From the IMG/VR virus record IMGVR_UViG_3300047168_000120, positions 1 to 64,000 of that record: 64,000 nt of DNA. One strand, written 5' to 3'. The stretch comes from a virus. Below, piece after piece: positions 20,377 to 29,772 of the stretch (the stretch's first letter is position 1; the number at the start of each line of letters is the position of its first letter). The position numbers and the translations under genes were made by a program. The notes beneath the pieces are model-generated. The model was not told the DNA's origin. It saw nothing but the letters and a program-made list of their open reading frames with translations, and did not search any database.

Positions 20377-20689
20377 GCAGAACCTCCAGTGTGGGCCGAT
20401 TATCTCCTACGGCCCTTCCCAGCCTTGAAACTTTGCGGGGTACTGGGCTTCTGCTCCCCCTTCGCGCCCTTGACCGACCCCAGCTCCTAACGACGCCCTT
20501 GGCAGCTTCATGCGTCGCAATACCTCAGGTTAGGTGCAATACCAGCATGTGCGCACATGCCCCTGGCTGCTTGTATCCAGCTCGAAATTCCGTCCGTCCG
20601 GCGGCTTCCCAACTATCAACCGGCTGAGGGTTAATAAACACATCTTATTGTGTTTAGTCAACACATTTTGAGCACATTCCACATCAGCA

Positions 20690-20713
20690 CTGTGGTCGAA
20701 TCTGTGGACTGTC
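20690..20713 (+). repeat. Putative integrase arm-type site, left
   Basis: CTGTGGTCGAATCTGTGGACTGTC, 23/24 identical to 20919..20942; the two copies flank the att core. Confidence 0.7.
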
Positions 20714-20801
20714 GCGCGTTTTTAACCGCGCTTATCGCGCAAAAAACACATCAAAATGGTGATTAAGCTGTTGATTTTATTGATTTGGAAACACATGCGT
20801 C

Positions 20802-20845
20802 GCGGTTTTCAAGACCGCTGCCTTAAACCACTCGGCCACCTCTCC
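20802..20845 (-). other. attP core = 5' half of a tRNA-Ser(UGA) gene
   Basis: Reverse strand GGAGAGGTGGCCGAGTGGTTTAAGGCAGCGGTCTTGAAAACCGC, then tRNA similarity stops; 34 bp from the integrase stop. Confidence 0.85.
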
Positions 20846-20879
20846 ACTCAAGAAATCCGCTGTATTTACCAGCGTCTTT

Positions 20880-21995
20880 CTATTTTCTAACCCGGCGCTC
20901 CGAACTCGTTATTTTCTTCTGTGGTCGAATTTGTGGACTGTCCGAAAACACATCAGAATTGCCGAATCTGGCCGCTTCCTGCTCCTTCTCCGTCAGGTAA
21001 TCAAGGTAGATCTCGGTCGTCTTCACAGAGGTGTGGCCCAGGTGCTTCGACAGCCGATAGATATTGCCGCCGTGTTTCAGCCACCGGATCGCGAACATGT
21101 GCCGCAGGTCATGCAACCGGAAGCGACGGAATTCTACCTTTTCCCGCTGCGCTACGGCGACGCAGCGCCGCATGACATTGCCGAAATCGGAGGAAAAATT
21201 GTCGTATGTCTTGCCGCTCCGGTTGGCGATGAAATAGCCGTTCCTGGTATGGGCCGCTGCCCGGATGATCCCGCCGGCGTCGCCGCCTGGCGTGCGCCAG
21301 GGGAGTGTTCTGGGCCGGTCAGTCTTGGTCCTGGCCAGCAGCAGCTGCTCGCGCTCATGATCGATCTCGGCCAGCTCCAGCGTGACGGCCTCATCCAGCC
21401 TCATGCCGGTCTGCTCCAGCAGCCTGCACATCTCGGCCATGGGAGGCGGCAGCGCTTCGAGAACGCGCTGGTAATCGGCCTCCCGGACCAGCTTAATCGG
21501 GTCGCGCCGTTCCCGGATGATTTTCCGGTCGAACCTGGCCGCGGCGTTCTCCGTGATCCAGCCCCAGGATGCGCAGGCCGACAGCAGCCCCGACAGCGCG
21601 GTGATGTCGCGCCGCAGCGTCGCATTCGTCACCGCGCCGGCCCGGCTGGAGACGTAATCCGCAATCATCTTCCCGTCGATCTGGTCGACGGTCGCGTTGC
21701 CCATCAGCTTCTCCAGCATAGAGATGCTGGTCAAATAGCGGCGTACAACTTGTGGCTTATAGGCCTTGTTTAATACTTCGGCTTCCCAGCGGATGACGGC
21801 TGCTTTGAAACTCGGTGCGGCCGGTTTTGCACTATAGGCGGCTTTTTGCAGCCTGCTTTCCCATTCGTCATAGCGCGTTTTCGCTTCCCGAGCATCACCC
21901 GTGCGTAGGCTTCGTCGATAGCGGCGGCCGGCAATAACGACACGTCCGTACCAAATGCCATCCCTCTTATCGAGATTTTGCTGCTTTCTGGGCAT
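20880..21995 (-). CDS. int: Tyrosine recombinase / phage integrase
   Basis: TGMRLDE, TKT, HDLRH, LGH..TEIY catalytic set; adjacent to the att core. Confidence 0.95.
   Translation of the reverse strand: MPRKQQNLDKRDGIWYGRVVIAGRRYRRSLRTGDAREAKTRYDEWESRLQKAAYSAKPAAPSFKAAVIRWEAEVLNKAYKPQVVRRYLTSISMLEKLMGNATVDQIDGKMIADYVSSRAGAVTNATLRRDITALSGLLSACASWGWITENAAARFDRKIIRERRDPIKLVREADYQRVLEALPPPMAEMCRLLEQTGMRLDEAVTLELAEIDHEREQLLLARTKTDRPRTLPWRTPGGDAGGIIRAAAHTRNGYFIANRSGKTYDNFSSDFGNVMRRCVAVAQREKVEFRRFRLHDLRHMFAIRWLKHGGNIYRLSKHLGHTSVKTTEIYLDYLTEKEQEAARFGNSDVFSDSPQIRPQKKITSSERRVRK
20919..20942 (+). repeat. Putative integrase arm-type site, right (inside the int 3' end)
   Basis: CTGTGGTCGAATTTGTGGACTGTC. 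Confidence 0.7.
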
Positions 21996-22174
21996 CGGCG
22001 CTCCTTCGATTTCAGCCAATTTGTTAACATGGCCTTATCGAATGTCCACAGCCGGCCGATCTGGATGGCGCCCGGGATCTGGCCGGCGCGGGCCATTTCC
22101 TGGACCCGGCGGGCCGAATGGGTGATCATCGCCGCCACCTCGGCGGTCGATAGGCGTGCCGCGTGCTCGCTCAC
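21770..22174 (-). CDS. xis: Excisionase-like HTH protein (overlaps the int 5' end)
   Basis: LSTAEVAAMI..RRVQEMARAGQIPGAIQIGRLWTF..L..W. Confidence 0.75.
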   Translation of the reverse strand: MSEHAARLSTAEVAAMITHSARRVQEMARAGQIPGAIQIGRLWTFDKAMLTNWLKSKERRCPESSKISIRGMAFGTDVSLLPAAAIDEAYARVMLGKRKRAMTNGKAGCKKPPIVQNRPHRVSKQPSSAGKPKY

Positions 22175-22321
22175 GCTGGCCAGCAGTAGAATGCCTGGCG
22201 CTGGCGGCGCTCTGCCTCCAGCTCGGGCGCTCGATCATATTTGGCCTGGCAGCCAACCGCCCAGCAAAGCTCTTTTATGCCGCCCAGCACGACGAGCCCC
22301 GTATCGCAGCAGAGGGCGCAG

Positions 22322-22999
22322 TCAGGCTGCTTTTTTCCAGGCATCGACATGCTCTCTTTCGGTGTCGAAGGTGATTCTTGCGACATATGGGTTCTCGGCC
22401 CAGCTCTCAGCCCCGTTGATTTTGATCCACAAGCGCTCATAGGCGCGCCGCGGATCGACACGCCATTCCTCCCACGGCCAACCGAAATCATCGGTTCCAG
22501 GATTTCCGTCACGGTCAGGAATGCCCCATTTGACCAGGTTGCCGTCCTTCGTGATGGCTTTAAGCCCCTCGGCGATCGCATCCTGCTTGGTAATGCAATG
22601 CAGCCGCTCGTAACGCACGCTGTTGACATGCTGCGTAAACCGGGACAGGTTTCGCGGCAAAAACATGGCTGGCAGGATCGACCGCTTCCATGGCCATGTA
22701 TCGCATGCGGGTTCCCCGTCCACCAAATAAACGCCACGGTCGCCTACCTTCTGAAGAGCTTCCTTAACCCAAAGTCGCATGCCGACCTCCCAGCGAAGCG
22801 GAATTATTGCTTCGCACCCGGTCTGAAGGCAGATCGTGGTCACGTCACCATTTACCGGGTCGATCTCGATATCGTTCAGATCAGGTGATGCCCATTTCGG
22901 CAGTTTTATCCGCCGGCGGGTTTGCGTCTTCCGGCCCTCGATGAGCGCTTGCATCATCGGCGGTCCATAGGAAATCGGCAGGTTGAATTCCAAGCTCAT
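22322..22999 (-). CDS. Conserved phage protein (ASCH/PUA-like)
   Basis: PI..PMMQALIEGRKTQTRR..LWVKE..MFLPR..ERLHCIT..DAIAEG..SWAENPYV. Confidence 0.7.
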   Translation of the reverse strand: MSLEFNLPISYGPPMMQALIEGRKTQTRRRIKLPKWASPDLNDIEIDPVNGDVTTICLQTGCEAIIPLRWEVGMRLWVKEALQKVGDRGVYLVDGEPACDTWPWKRSILPAMFLPRNLSRFTQHVNSVRYERLHCITKQDAIAEGLKAITKDGNLVKWGIPDRDGNPGTDDFGWPWEEWRVDPRRAYERLWIKINGAESWAENPYVARITFDTEREHVDAWKKAA

Positions 23000-23703
23000 G
23001 CCTTTTCTTCCCCAGGCCCAGCACGAAACTTTGTTTCCCGCGGCGAGGCGCCAAACAGGGATGCCAAATCTTCGAATGTCATTTTGCCCATGATGCGGCC
23101 GGCCACTGGATCGACTTTATCGGCTTCGAATGAATATCCCTCGAATAGCTGCAGCGCGGCGGCCGTCTTATCAACCTCCGCCACGCATTGGAGAATATTT
23201 GCGTTCATCGTGCGAATATCATCGGCAAAAATCATCGCGATAATATCGTCGGAACCGTCTTTTTTGAACCTGGCGCCAAGATCAATCATGAAATCGCGAC
23301 GAGCCTCGATACTGGCGATCTGTGCTTTTACCTGGTCACTGTGGTCAACCAAGTTATTTTTTGCCAAAGCCAGTATATCGTAGGTCAACGGGCCTCGCGG
23401 CGGGTTAGATTCCTGCGCCTTATTCCGCGCGATCTGGGTAGCATTCAGGATCGCGGTCTTGATCCTCATCACGCACTCACTGCGGTTGTTGTCCGGTTCG
23501 GTTTCCGTTGCTTCGCCGGTGGCGTCATATCGCGCCCGGCGATCCTCATCCATCAGGATGTCGTGAGCCAGTTTAATCTCAGAAAACTTCGCCCGGTCGC
23601 CGCCTTTATCTGGATGATGAGTTTTCGCCATAGCGCGATAAGCAGAGCGCACAGCCTCTTTTGAGCAATCCGACCCCAGACCCAAAACCTCGTAGGGATT
23701 CAT
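22996..23703 (-). CDS. J-domain (DnaJ-like) protein
   Basis: MNPYEVLGL..VRSAYRAMAKTHHPDKGGD..F..I..AHDIL.D..RARYD. Confidence 0.9.
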   Translation of the reverse strand: MNPYEVLGLGSDCSKEAVRSAYRAMAKTHHPDKGGDRAKFSEIKLAHDILMDEDRRARYDATGEATETEPDNNRSECVMRIKTAILNATQIARNKAQESNPPRGPLTYDILALAKNNLVDHSDQVKAQIASIEARRDFMIDLGARFKKDGSDDIIAMIFADDIRTMNANILQCVAEVDKTAAALQLFEGYSFEADKVDPVAGRIMGKMTFEDLASLFGASPRETKFRAGPGEEKA

Positions 23704-23993
23704 CTTGCCTCGCATGCATCTAGCGCCTGGCGAGCGCGTTCCATCACGTAAGGATCGTCCAGCGCCGAACTCGCGTCGCCGCGATAGTCTAGGATCTCCT
23801 CCAAGGCCGCTTTGAGCCTGGGAGCTGCAATGGCCAACCGGCAATCCGCTTCCCGATCCGACGGCATGGCAAAATCGTAGAAACCGTTGGCCTTCCCGCC
23901 CATGCAGAGAAGCCACCTCCCGACCATCGACCAGGTCATCGTCCATGGCTCTTTGGAGAGCGGGATTTGCTCAGGCAAAAGGGAGGTTCTCAT
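23700..23993 (-). CDS. Hypothetical protein
   Basis: Coupled overlaps at both ends; RLAIAAPRLKAALE motif common in phage early genes. Confidence 0.6.
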   Translation of the reverse strand: MRTSLLPEQIPLSKEPWTMTWSMVGRWLLCMGGKANGFYDFAMPSDREADCRLAIAAPRLKAALEEILDYRGDASSALDDPYVMERARQALDACEAR

Positions 23994-24529
23994 GCTGCGG
24001 TCCTCTCTACAGGTGGTGATACGCCGCGGCACCGCAGGATCATCTTGATTTTCTGCGGTGCGCTTAGGCAGCCGGCCTGTTTATTGTGCTCTTCGCAGGC
24101 GATCATCATATTGGCCAGGTTGTCTGGTCCCTGCTGCGTCAAAGCGACAAAATGCTCAACCGTCATTTCATCAATCTGAAGGTCACGGTCGCAGTAGATA
24201 CACCTTGGACCGTCACGCCTGATCAGTGCGTGAATAACCTGATACCTCCGGGTATTCCGATCAGTCGCCGGCACTGCGCGCCATGGCCGCTTTTCCGCGA
24301 ACGCCCCAAGAGCCTCATAGGCGGCCGGGTTTATCGAAGAAATCATCTGCTTCTGATTCTTATGGATCAGGCCAATCTGCGTCGGTGTCGTGAATCTCAG
24401 GACCTCATAAGCGTTGCTTGGAGCCATAATTTCCGACCCGTTTTCGCGCAGCCATGTCTTGAATTTCTTTTCGTTCGCCCGGTAAAATTCGCGCGGATTG
24501 CGCCGAAAACTTTCAATGCTCATGCGCAA
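23990..24529 (-). CDS. HNH endonuclease-domain protein
   Basis: RRDGPRCIYC..TVEHFV..GPDNLANMMIACEEHN. Confidence 0.8.
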   Translation of the reverse strand: MRMSIESFRRNPREFYRANEKKFKTWLRENGSEIMAPSNAYEVLRFTTPTQIGLIHKNQKQMISSINPAAYEALGAFAEKRPWRAVPATDRNTRRYQVIHALIRRDGPRCIYCDRDLQIDEMTVEHFVALTQQGPDNLANMMIACEEHNKQAGCLSAPQKIKMILRCRGVSPPVERTAA

Positions 24530-24786
24530 AGCCTTTCATCGCGTCGGAGATCCGCCAGCGTGGCAGCTTTATCGACTTCGATTTCGTTCTGCTCATCGAC
24601 GAGCATGTCGATCAGGCGTGGCTCGGGCGCGAGATATTCGTCGATCATTGAAGCCGCATCAGACGGCCCGAATCCCTTCAGATAGATTTCAGGCTCATCA
24701 AGCGCAGACAGCTTCTCGAAAGCCTCTTTCAAAATTGTTTGGACTTTGGCGTAGATTTCCAGATCGCTATCGAACGAATTGGCCAT
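24520..24786 (-). CDS. Acidic hypothetical protein
   Basis: 88 aa, AGGAG RBS. Confidence 0.55.
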   Translation of the reverse strand: MANSFDSDLEIYAKVQTILKEAFEKLSALDEPEIYLKGFGPSDAASMIDEYLAPEPRLIDMLVDEQNEIEVDKAATLADLRRDERLCA

Positions 24787-24952
24787 TAGAACACTCCTAT
24801 TTAGATAAAAATTTCGAGAAAAGAGAAGAACCCCAAAAGAGGAATTAGAGACTCAGATGCCTTTCCTTCCGCCCAATTCAGAAACGATGGCAGCAAGAAA
24901 AATGCGAACAGATTGATCGCGACAACAAGCTGCAGAGCCGACGGATCGGAAT

Positions 24953-25330
24953 TCACGCCGCGCGCCGATGCGTCATGGGCAGATTCTCGTATTGCTTCAG
25001 GACATCCGGAATGTCCGCCAGCAGCGGCGCCGGGTCAGAAAGAGCATGCTCCATCTCATTGAGATGCCGGTCCTCAATCCCCAGGCGCTCAGCGCAGGCA
25101 GCCAGCCCTTCATGCTGTGCGATGCGCCAGGTGCGATGGGTAGCGCCGATCTTCGCCCAAAGTTCATGCGCCAAGTCGATCTCGCCGGCGCCCTTGCAGC
25201 GCGGGCACGTGATCGTGGCCACGCCACTCCCGATCTGCCGGCCGTCGCGTACGAGTGGGGTGTCGGCTTGTGTGCGGACCATGGCCGTCGTGAAGCCATT
25301 GCCGCCGCAGCTTTCGCATATGGTACTCAT
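24953..25330 (-). CDS. Zn-finger (CxxCxGxG twice) + HTH-like protein
   Basis: CESCGGNG..CPRCKGAG; HTH-like GLAACAERLGI..LNEMEH. Confidence 0.6.
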   Translation of the reverse strand: MSTICESCGGNGFTTAMVRTQADTPLVRDGRQIGSGVATITCPRCKGAGEIDLAHELWAKIGATHRTWRIAQHEGLAACAERLGIEDRHLNEMEHALSDPAPLLADIPDVLKQYENLPMTHRRAA

Positions 25331-25893
25331 GTTGGTTCCGGCAATTTGGAGCGAACGTTCTGAAAAGCATCAGTAACCGCGTCCATGGCTATCGATTTAC
25401 GGATGCCCCCTTCAAGCCCAGTAAAGAATGAGTCCCAGCGTGCAATTGTCTTGCGAGCTTCTGCCACAACCATGGCCGCGACCACTTCTTGATTCGCCCG
25501 GACGCGTTTCTCCAAGGACGTGACACGATCCGGATGGACAAAGCCTACCGATAGCTCGATTTTAAATTTGGCCGTTATGGGATCAGTGGCAGACTGCTTA
25601 AAACGAAAAAAACCGGCTTCGATCATCTGATCAACTAGCTCATGTGCCATGCTTCTCCGGACGGCAGACATGAAACCAGGATCATCACCGTAGGAATCGT
25701 ATGCTCGCATTTCGCTAAAAACTTCCAACCGCTCCTCAGGAACCATGACGCATTGCGGGCAAGGAAGTTTCCGTGTCGAAATCGATTTTGAAACCGCGCC
25801 TAATGAATTTTTGGCGTGGCTAAATGTAACCGGTGGGTAAACCGGCATCAGCACGACGCGCTCACCACGGCAGATATCGCAATAAGGCTTCAT
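25327..25893 (-). CDS. Hypothetical protein with CxxC pairs
   Basis: MKPYCDICRG..PCPQC; coupled to its neighbours. Confidence 0.55.
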   Translation of the reverse strand: MKPYCDICRGERVVLMPVYPPVTFSHAKNSLGAVSKSISTRKLPCPQCVMVPEERLEVFSEMRAYDSYGDDPGFMSAVRRSMAHELVDQMIEAGFFRFKQSATDPITAKFKIELSVGFVHPDRVTSLEKRVRANQEVVAAMVVAEARKTIARWDSFFTGLEGGIRKSIAMDAVTDAFQNVRSKLPEPT

Positions 25894-26071
25894 GCCGCGC
25901 CATCCAGGCACCGGCCGCATTGTTCCTGCTGGCCCCGCGGTATGAAAGTTTCCCCGCAACGGCATGCCTTAACCTCCCGGCCTGCCAAAGACGCCACGAT
26001 TTGTTCATCGGTCGTCAGTTCCGCCTTCGGCAGGCCTCTCAGTAACTCTGCAACAGTTTCGTGGTGCCTGT

Positions 26072-26365
26072 TCACGCCGCCGGCCCCTCGCTGTCGCATG
26101 GGATATCCAGGGCGATCTGCTGGCCGCGCGGGCGCGGGATAAAGGCGGCTATATTCTCGCCTTCGAATACCTCCCGCGAATCAATCGCGGCGCGCTTACC
26201 CGTCGCCAGGATCGTCACCTCTTTCTGGAAGACCCGGCCAAACATCTCACGCTCACCGGTGATGCTGACCGGGCCGATGGCACGCACCCAGCCTGGCACC
26301 GGCTCGGGATAGATGCGCGAGATCACAATGGCCGCAGGCGCGTCCGCTTCAGGCGCCGCGATCAC
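26072..26365 (-). CDS. Hypothetical protein
   Basis: GTGA overlap with the DUF2303 gene. Confidence 0.5.
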   Translation of the reverse strand: MIAAPEADAPAAIVISRIYPEPVPGWVRAIGPVSITGEREMFGRVFQKEVTILATGKRAAIDSREVFEGENIAAFIPRPRGQQIALDIPCDSEGPAA

Positions 26366-27387
26366 GGCGCCACGCCGGGCGGCTCGCTGCTGTAGAACAG
26401 CGGAACGCCAGTGCCTTCCTGGATCGTGTCACAACCCTCGGCGAACGCATGCTCCAGCGATGCCTCGATACCCTGGAGGCTGATGATCCAGTTCACGCCG
26501 GCGCCGACCTTCCGGTAGCGCAGGCGGCACAGAAGCAGGTATGGCGCATCGTTTTGGAAGACTGGGATCGCCAGAAGAAACGCGGTCGGAACGCGCAACT
26601 CAGTTAGCGTCGGATTCCCGCCGCCCAAGTGTTCCTGCTCATAGGTGATGACTTGCTCGCCGGTGTCGGTATTGATGGCTTGGCGCACATTCTCAGTGGA
26701 CCGAATCTCCATACCGCGGGCCGTCTCCAGCAGTCTCGCAGGCGTCCCGACATGCAGGTTCAACCGTTCGATCAGCATCTTCACTTTCTCAGGAATGACT
26801 GTCGTACCAGGATCCGCGATGTCCCGGATATTGTCTTCCAGGAAATGGGCCAGATCGGCCTGGGTCTGCGGCTTGTCGTTCGACGCCGTCCATGTCCTCC
26901 ATTGCCGCGAAAGCGGAAACGCATAGGAACACCGGAAATCGCCCCATTGCGCCGAGGTTGTCTTAGCCTTAGCCGGGCCGCCAACACTGCCCTTCGCCGG
27001 TGACGAATCCGCGTCTCCGCCTTCAAGGGCCGCCTCGGCGTCCAGCGCGTCCTCGGTCGGCTCGTGGTAATTCAGGATCGCCGTGACTTTGCGGTTCGCC
27101 GTGTCGGCAAAGATCGCGGTCTGGCCATCCACGACGTAGCGATTGACGTAATCGACCAGGCTGCGCGGCGACAGCATCGTGAGGTGGCCCTTGCGGCGCC
27201 GCGGGGTCGCAAGCCGCGCCAAGACCTTCTCGGTAATATCCGTGGTGGTAATACCGTCCGGCACGCTGAGAAAAAAATGCAACGGTGCTTTGGAAGGATG
27301 AAAATCTTCCACGTTGCCAATATCTACGCCAGCCATTTTATGGCCAACATCAATTAGGCCTTTGATCGCCTCGGAAAAATCGGTCAT
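26362..27387 (-). CDS. DUF2303 / YfdQ family protein
   Basis: PRRRKG..SLVDYVN..AILNYH..QADLAHFLEDN..IPVF..RLRYR. Confidence 0.8.
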   Translation of the reverse strand: MTDFSEAIKGLIDVGHKMAGVDIGNVEDFHPSKAPLHFFLSVPDGITTTDITEKVLARLATPRRRKGHLTMLSPRSLVDYVNRYVVDGQTAIFADTANRKVTAILNYHEPTEDALDAEAALEGGDADSSPAKGSVGGPAKAKTTSAQWGDFRCSYAFPLSRQWRTWTASNDKPQTQADLAHFLEDNIRDIADPGTTVIPEKVKMLIERLNLHVGTPARLLETARGMEIRSTENVRQAINTDTGEQVITYEQEHLGGGNPTLTELRVPTAFLLAIPVFQNDAPYLLLCRLRYRKVGAGVNWIISLQGIEASLEHAFAEGCDTIQEGTGVPLFYSSEPPGVAP

Positions 27388-27396
27388 CTGAATTGG

Positions 27397-27762
27397 TTAC
27401 TCCACATTGCGAAGGGGTTGAGACTGCTCGCCGGCGACGCGCAGCGGCAGATCGGGTTGTTTGTCGTCCTGCCGCGATAGGAAGCGGCCCGCATGGACGA
27501 ACATGAGCGTGCGGCGCCGCGTCTTGGCTGGCTGCTTGATCTTGTAGGATCCGCTCACTTCGACGACGCCGCGATCCGCCGTCAGCGAAATGGTGACCGT
27601 GACATCGACTTTGCGCTTGGCGCCGCGATCGATGGCTTCCTGCAGGTCTCGCACCACATTTTCGAGGTCATTCGAAAGGTCGGAATTGAGCTCTCCGTCC
27701 TCCAACCTGCCCAATAAGGTGTTGAAATTCTTGATGGCGAAGGCTTCTGGACTGATGCTCAT
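27397..27762 (-). CDS. Conserved partner of DUF2303 (YfdP-like)
   Basis: LEDGEL..VTVTISL..MFV..LSRQD.KQPDLPL; usual upstream position. Confidence 0.6.
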   Translation of the reverse strand: MSISPEAFAIKNFNTLLGRLEDGELNSDLSNDLENVVRDLQEAIDRGAKRKVDVTVTISLTADRGVVEVSGSYKIKQPAKTRRRTLMFVHAGRFLSRQDDKQPDLPLRVAGEQSQPLRNVE

Positions 27763-27787
27763 TTGTTATCCTTTCCGGGCCTTAGAA

Positions 27788-27807
27788 AAACACATTAAGA
27801 TGTGTTT
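27788..27807. promoter_or_regulatory. Operator AAACACAT-N4-ATGTGTTT within a leftward promoter
   Basis: Perfect palindromic arms; 29 bp here are the exact reverse complement of 47959..47987. Confidence 0.75.
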
Positions 27808-27829
27808 TGCAAGCACGAAAACCGGAACT

Positions 27830-28222
27830 TTAGCGGCGATGCAGCGTATTTATTTCGACGCGCCGTGTGGCTTCCAGCGACCGGATGGCTTCGAACCGGG
27901 CTTGCGCTGCCTCATATTTGACGCGTGCCAGGTTCGCGTCCCGCCGCGCGTCCGCCGCGGCATAGAGGTGGTTCAGATAGTCCTCGCTGCCCTTTGCGAT
28001 ATCCTCTGATTCCTTGCGGGTCAGGTCAGGCTGCTCCCGGCGGATCGCATTGGTGAGCTGCGCCAGGACGGCGCCGGTCGTGCGCTCCAGAAGGTCAGCA
28101 GCGTGCTTTTTGTGCGCCCACGCGGTTCCGTGAACGTCGATATCATGCGCGATCGCCGCCGGGTCGAGCTCCCCGGCGGCGTTATGCGTTTTTGCATTTG
28201 GATCCCAGAAATCGCTCCCCAT
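27830..28222 (-). CDS. Hypothetical helical protein
   Basis: 130 aa, overlaps the recT stop. Confidence 0.6.
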   Translation of the reverse strand: MGSDFWDPNAKTHNAAGELDPAAIAHDIDVHGTAWAHKKHAADLLERTTGAVLAQLTNAIRREQPDLTRKESEDIAKGSEDYLNHLYAAADARRDANLARVKYEAAQARFEAIRSLEATRRVEINTLHRR

Positions 28223-29769
28223 CAGCCGGGGGCCGGAATCCCGAGGGCCTGCGACCTGGCGCTGATTTCCTTATAGGCCAGGATTTTCGGTTTGGTCAGC
28301 ATACCATTCAAGACTTCCTGATTGACCCGGCGCCATTCAGCCATCTGCTCAGGCGTTTTGATTTCGGCGAGGGCCTGCCGGAATGTGGTGATAATCTCGG
28401 CCTCATTGGTGCGGCCGGTCGGCAGCTCTACCACCTTCGCTTCCCATTTATCACTGCGCGACGCTTCAGCGCCCTGATTGTCATCGGAGGCATGCTGCGC
28501 CTGCCCTTGGCCGCCATAGCCAAGGGCGGCCATGATTTTGGTCGTGTCCGGATCTTCCATCGCGGTCAGGATGTGGTCGGAATTGTGCTCGTTATAGGCA
28601 TTGATCATATCGGGAGGCACGTCCCGGAAATGGTCCGCGAATTCCTTGGCCCAATCGACGATGTTGATCGCGTCGAGCAAAACTTCACCATCGGCCGATA
28701 TCAGTTGAAAGGTCTGCCGATCTTCCTCGTCGGGAAAGCGATCCTTCGGCGGTTCGTGCTGAGAGGAAGGGTCCCGCGCCGGCGCGGTCGTCCGGGCCGA
28801 CTCATGCTTCGCCGGCGCTTTGGCGCCCTGCTGCGCATTGCCAGACGCCTGAGAGGCCGGATTTTTGGATGCGACCTTCTCGGCCTGCACGTCGACCACC
28901 GGCGGCTTGAACCCAAAATCGTGCAGCGTGGCGCCTGGCGAATAGGTCAATTCCCGGTTGCCAAGACGCAAATCGCCGGCCGCGCCGCCATAGCTAAGCC
29001 GCCCGGCTTCCGCCAGATTATCGATGTAGGCCGCATGATAAAGCTGCTCGCTGGACTTCGGCAAATCCTTGAGAAGTTGCTTCATGATCGTTTTGCGGGC
29101 CATGGCATATTCAAATTTGACCCAGACGCATTTGTCCCAAATGTAGGACATTTTATCGCGCATCGAGTAGGCGAATTTATACGCTTCGGAGTCGTTCCGG
29201 ATTTCGAGAATATCCGCATAATCCCAATAGACAAATGCCTGACCCCCGCCTTTCAGTTTGGCATGGCAATACGCCTTCTCCGGCGTCCGGCCGCGCCGCG
29301 AGCCTCGGGAGATGTGCTTCAGATGGGCATCAGAGCCATATTCCGCCTCGAAAAGGTCGCCCTCATAAACCACGTCGGCGTGAATGCTTTCCAGCGTGTC
29401 GGCGCGGTAGGCCAGCGTGAGCATGCCCTGATAGCCAATCTGCGGGTCAAGGGTGACCTTTTCATTGGCCTTCCCCTTGTTTTTAATCCGGGGAATAATC
29501 CAGGCATGCCCAAACGGCGTGTTCGGCCGTAGCCCAAGCTCAGCCAGGTCGAGCGCGCACCGGATCAGCTCCCACAGGTCCGCCAGCTTGAACAGCTCGT
29601 CTTCGCGCGTCAGGTTGCGGATCGTGGCCAAATACTGGACGGCATCAAGGCGGTCCCCAAGCGCATTCTGGAACCGTTTGATGACTTCGGGATGATCAAC
29701 CGCCTCGTCGAGCGATTTGATTTCCTTGAGCGGCTTGTATTGATGCAGGCGTGGGATGGCTTCGGACAT
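28222..29769 (-). CDS. recT: RecT-family single-strand annealing protein with a long C-terminal extension
   Basis: ELGLRPN..GHAWIIP..QIGYQGML.LAYR..VYEGD.F..MARKTIMKQLLK.LPKS. Confidence 0.85.
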   Translation of the reverse strand: MSEAIPRLHQYKPLKEIKSLDEAVDHPEVIKRFQNALGDRLDAVQYLATIRNLTREDELFKLADLWELIRCALDLAELGLRPNTPFGHAWIIPRIKNKGKANEKVTLDPQIGYQGMLTLAYRADTLESIHADVVYEGDLFEAEYGSDAHLKHISRGSRRGRTPEKAYCHAKLKGGGQAFVYWDYADILEIRNDSEAYKFAYSMRDKMSYIWDKCVWVKFEYAMARKTIMKQLLKDLPKSSEQLYHAAYIDNLAEAGRLSYGGAAGDLRLGNRELTYSPGATLHDFGFKPPVVDVQAEKVASKNPASQASGNAQQGAKAPAKHESARTTAPARDPSSQHEPPKDRFPDEEDRQTFQLISADGEVLLDAINIVDWAKEFADHFRDVPPDMINAYNEHNSDHILTAMEDPDTTKIMAALGYGGQGQAQHASDDNQGAEASRSDKWEAKVVELPTGRTNEAEIITTFRQALAEIKTPEQMAEWRRVNQEVLNGMLTKPKILAYKEISARSQALGIPAPG

Positions 29770-29772
29770 GGA

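Noticed and set aside
20802-20845. Prophage boundary (attL/attR) or a third intact tRNA
   Set aside because: The T-arm and 3' acceptor strand are missing, and phage genes continue on both sides, which fits attP.
28192-29532. Long antisense ORFs (also 34809..35777, 52670..53998, 56327..57457, 61124..62236)
   Set aside because: These are shadow frames opposite well-supported genes in GC-rich DNA, with no recognisable motifs.
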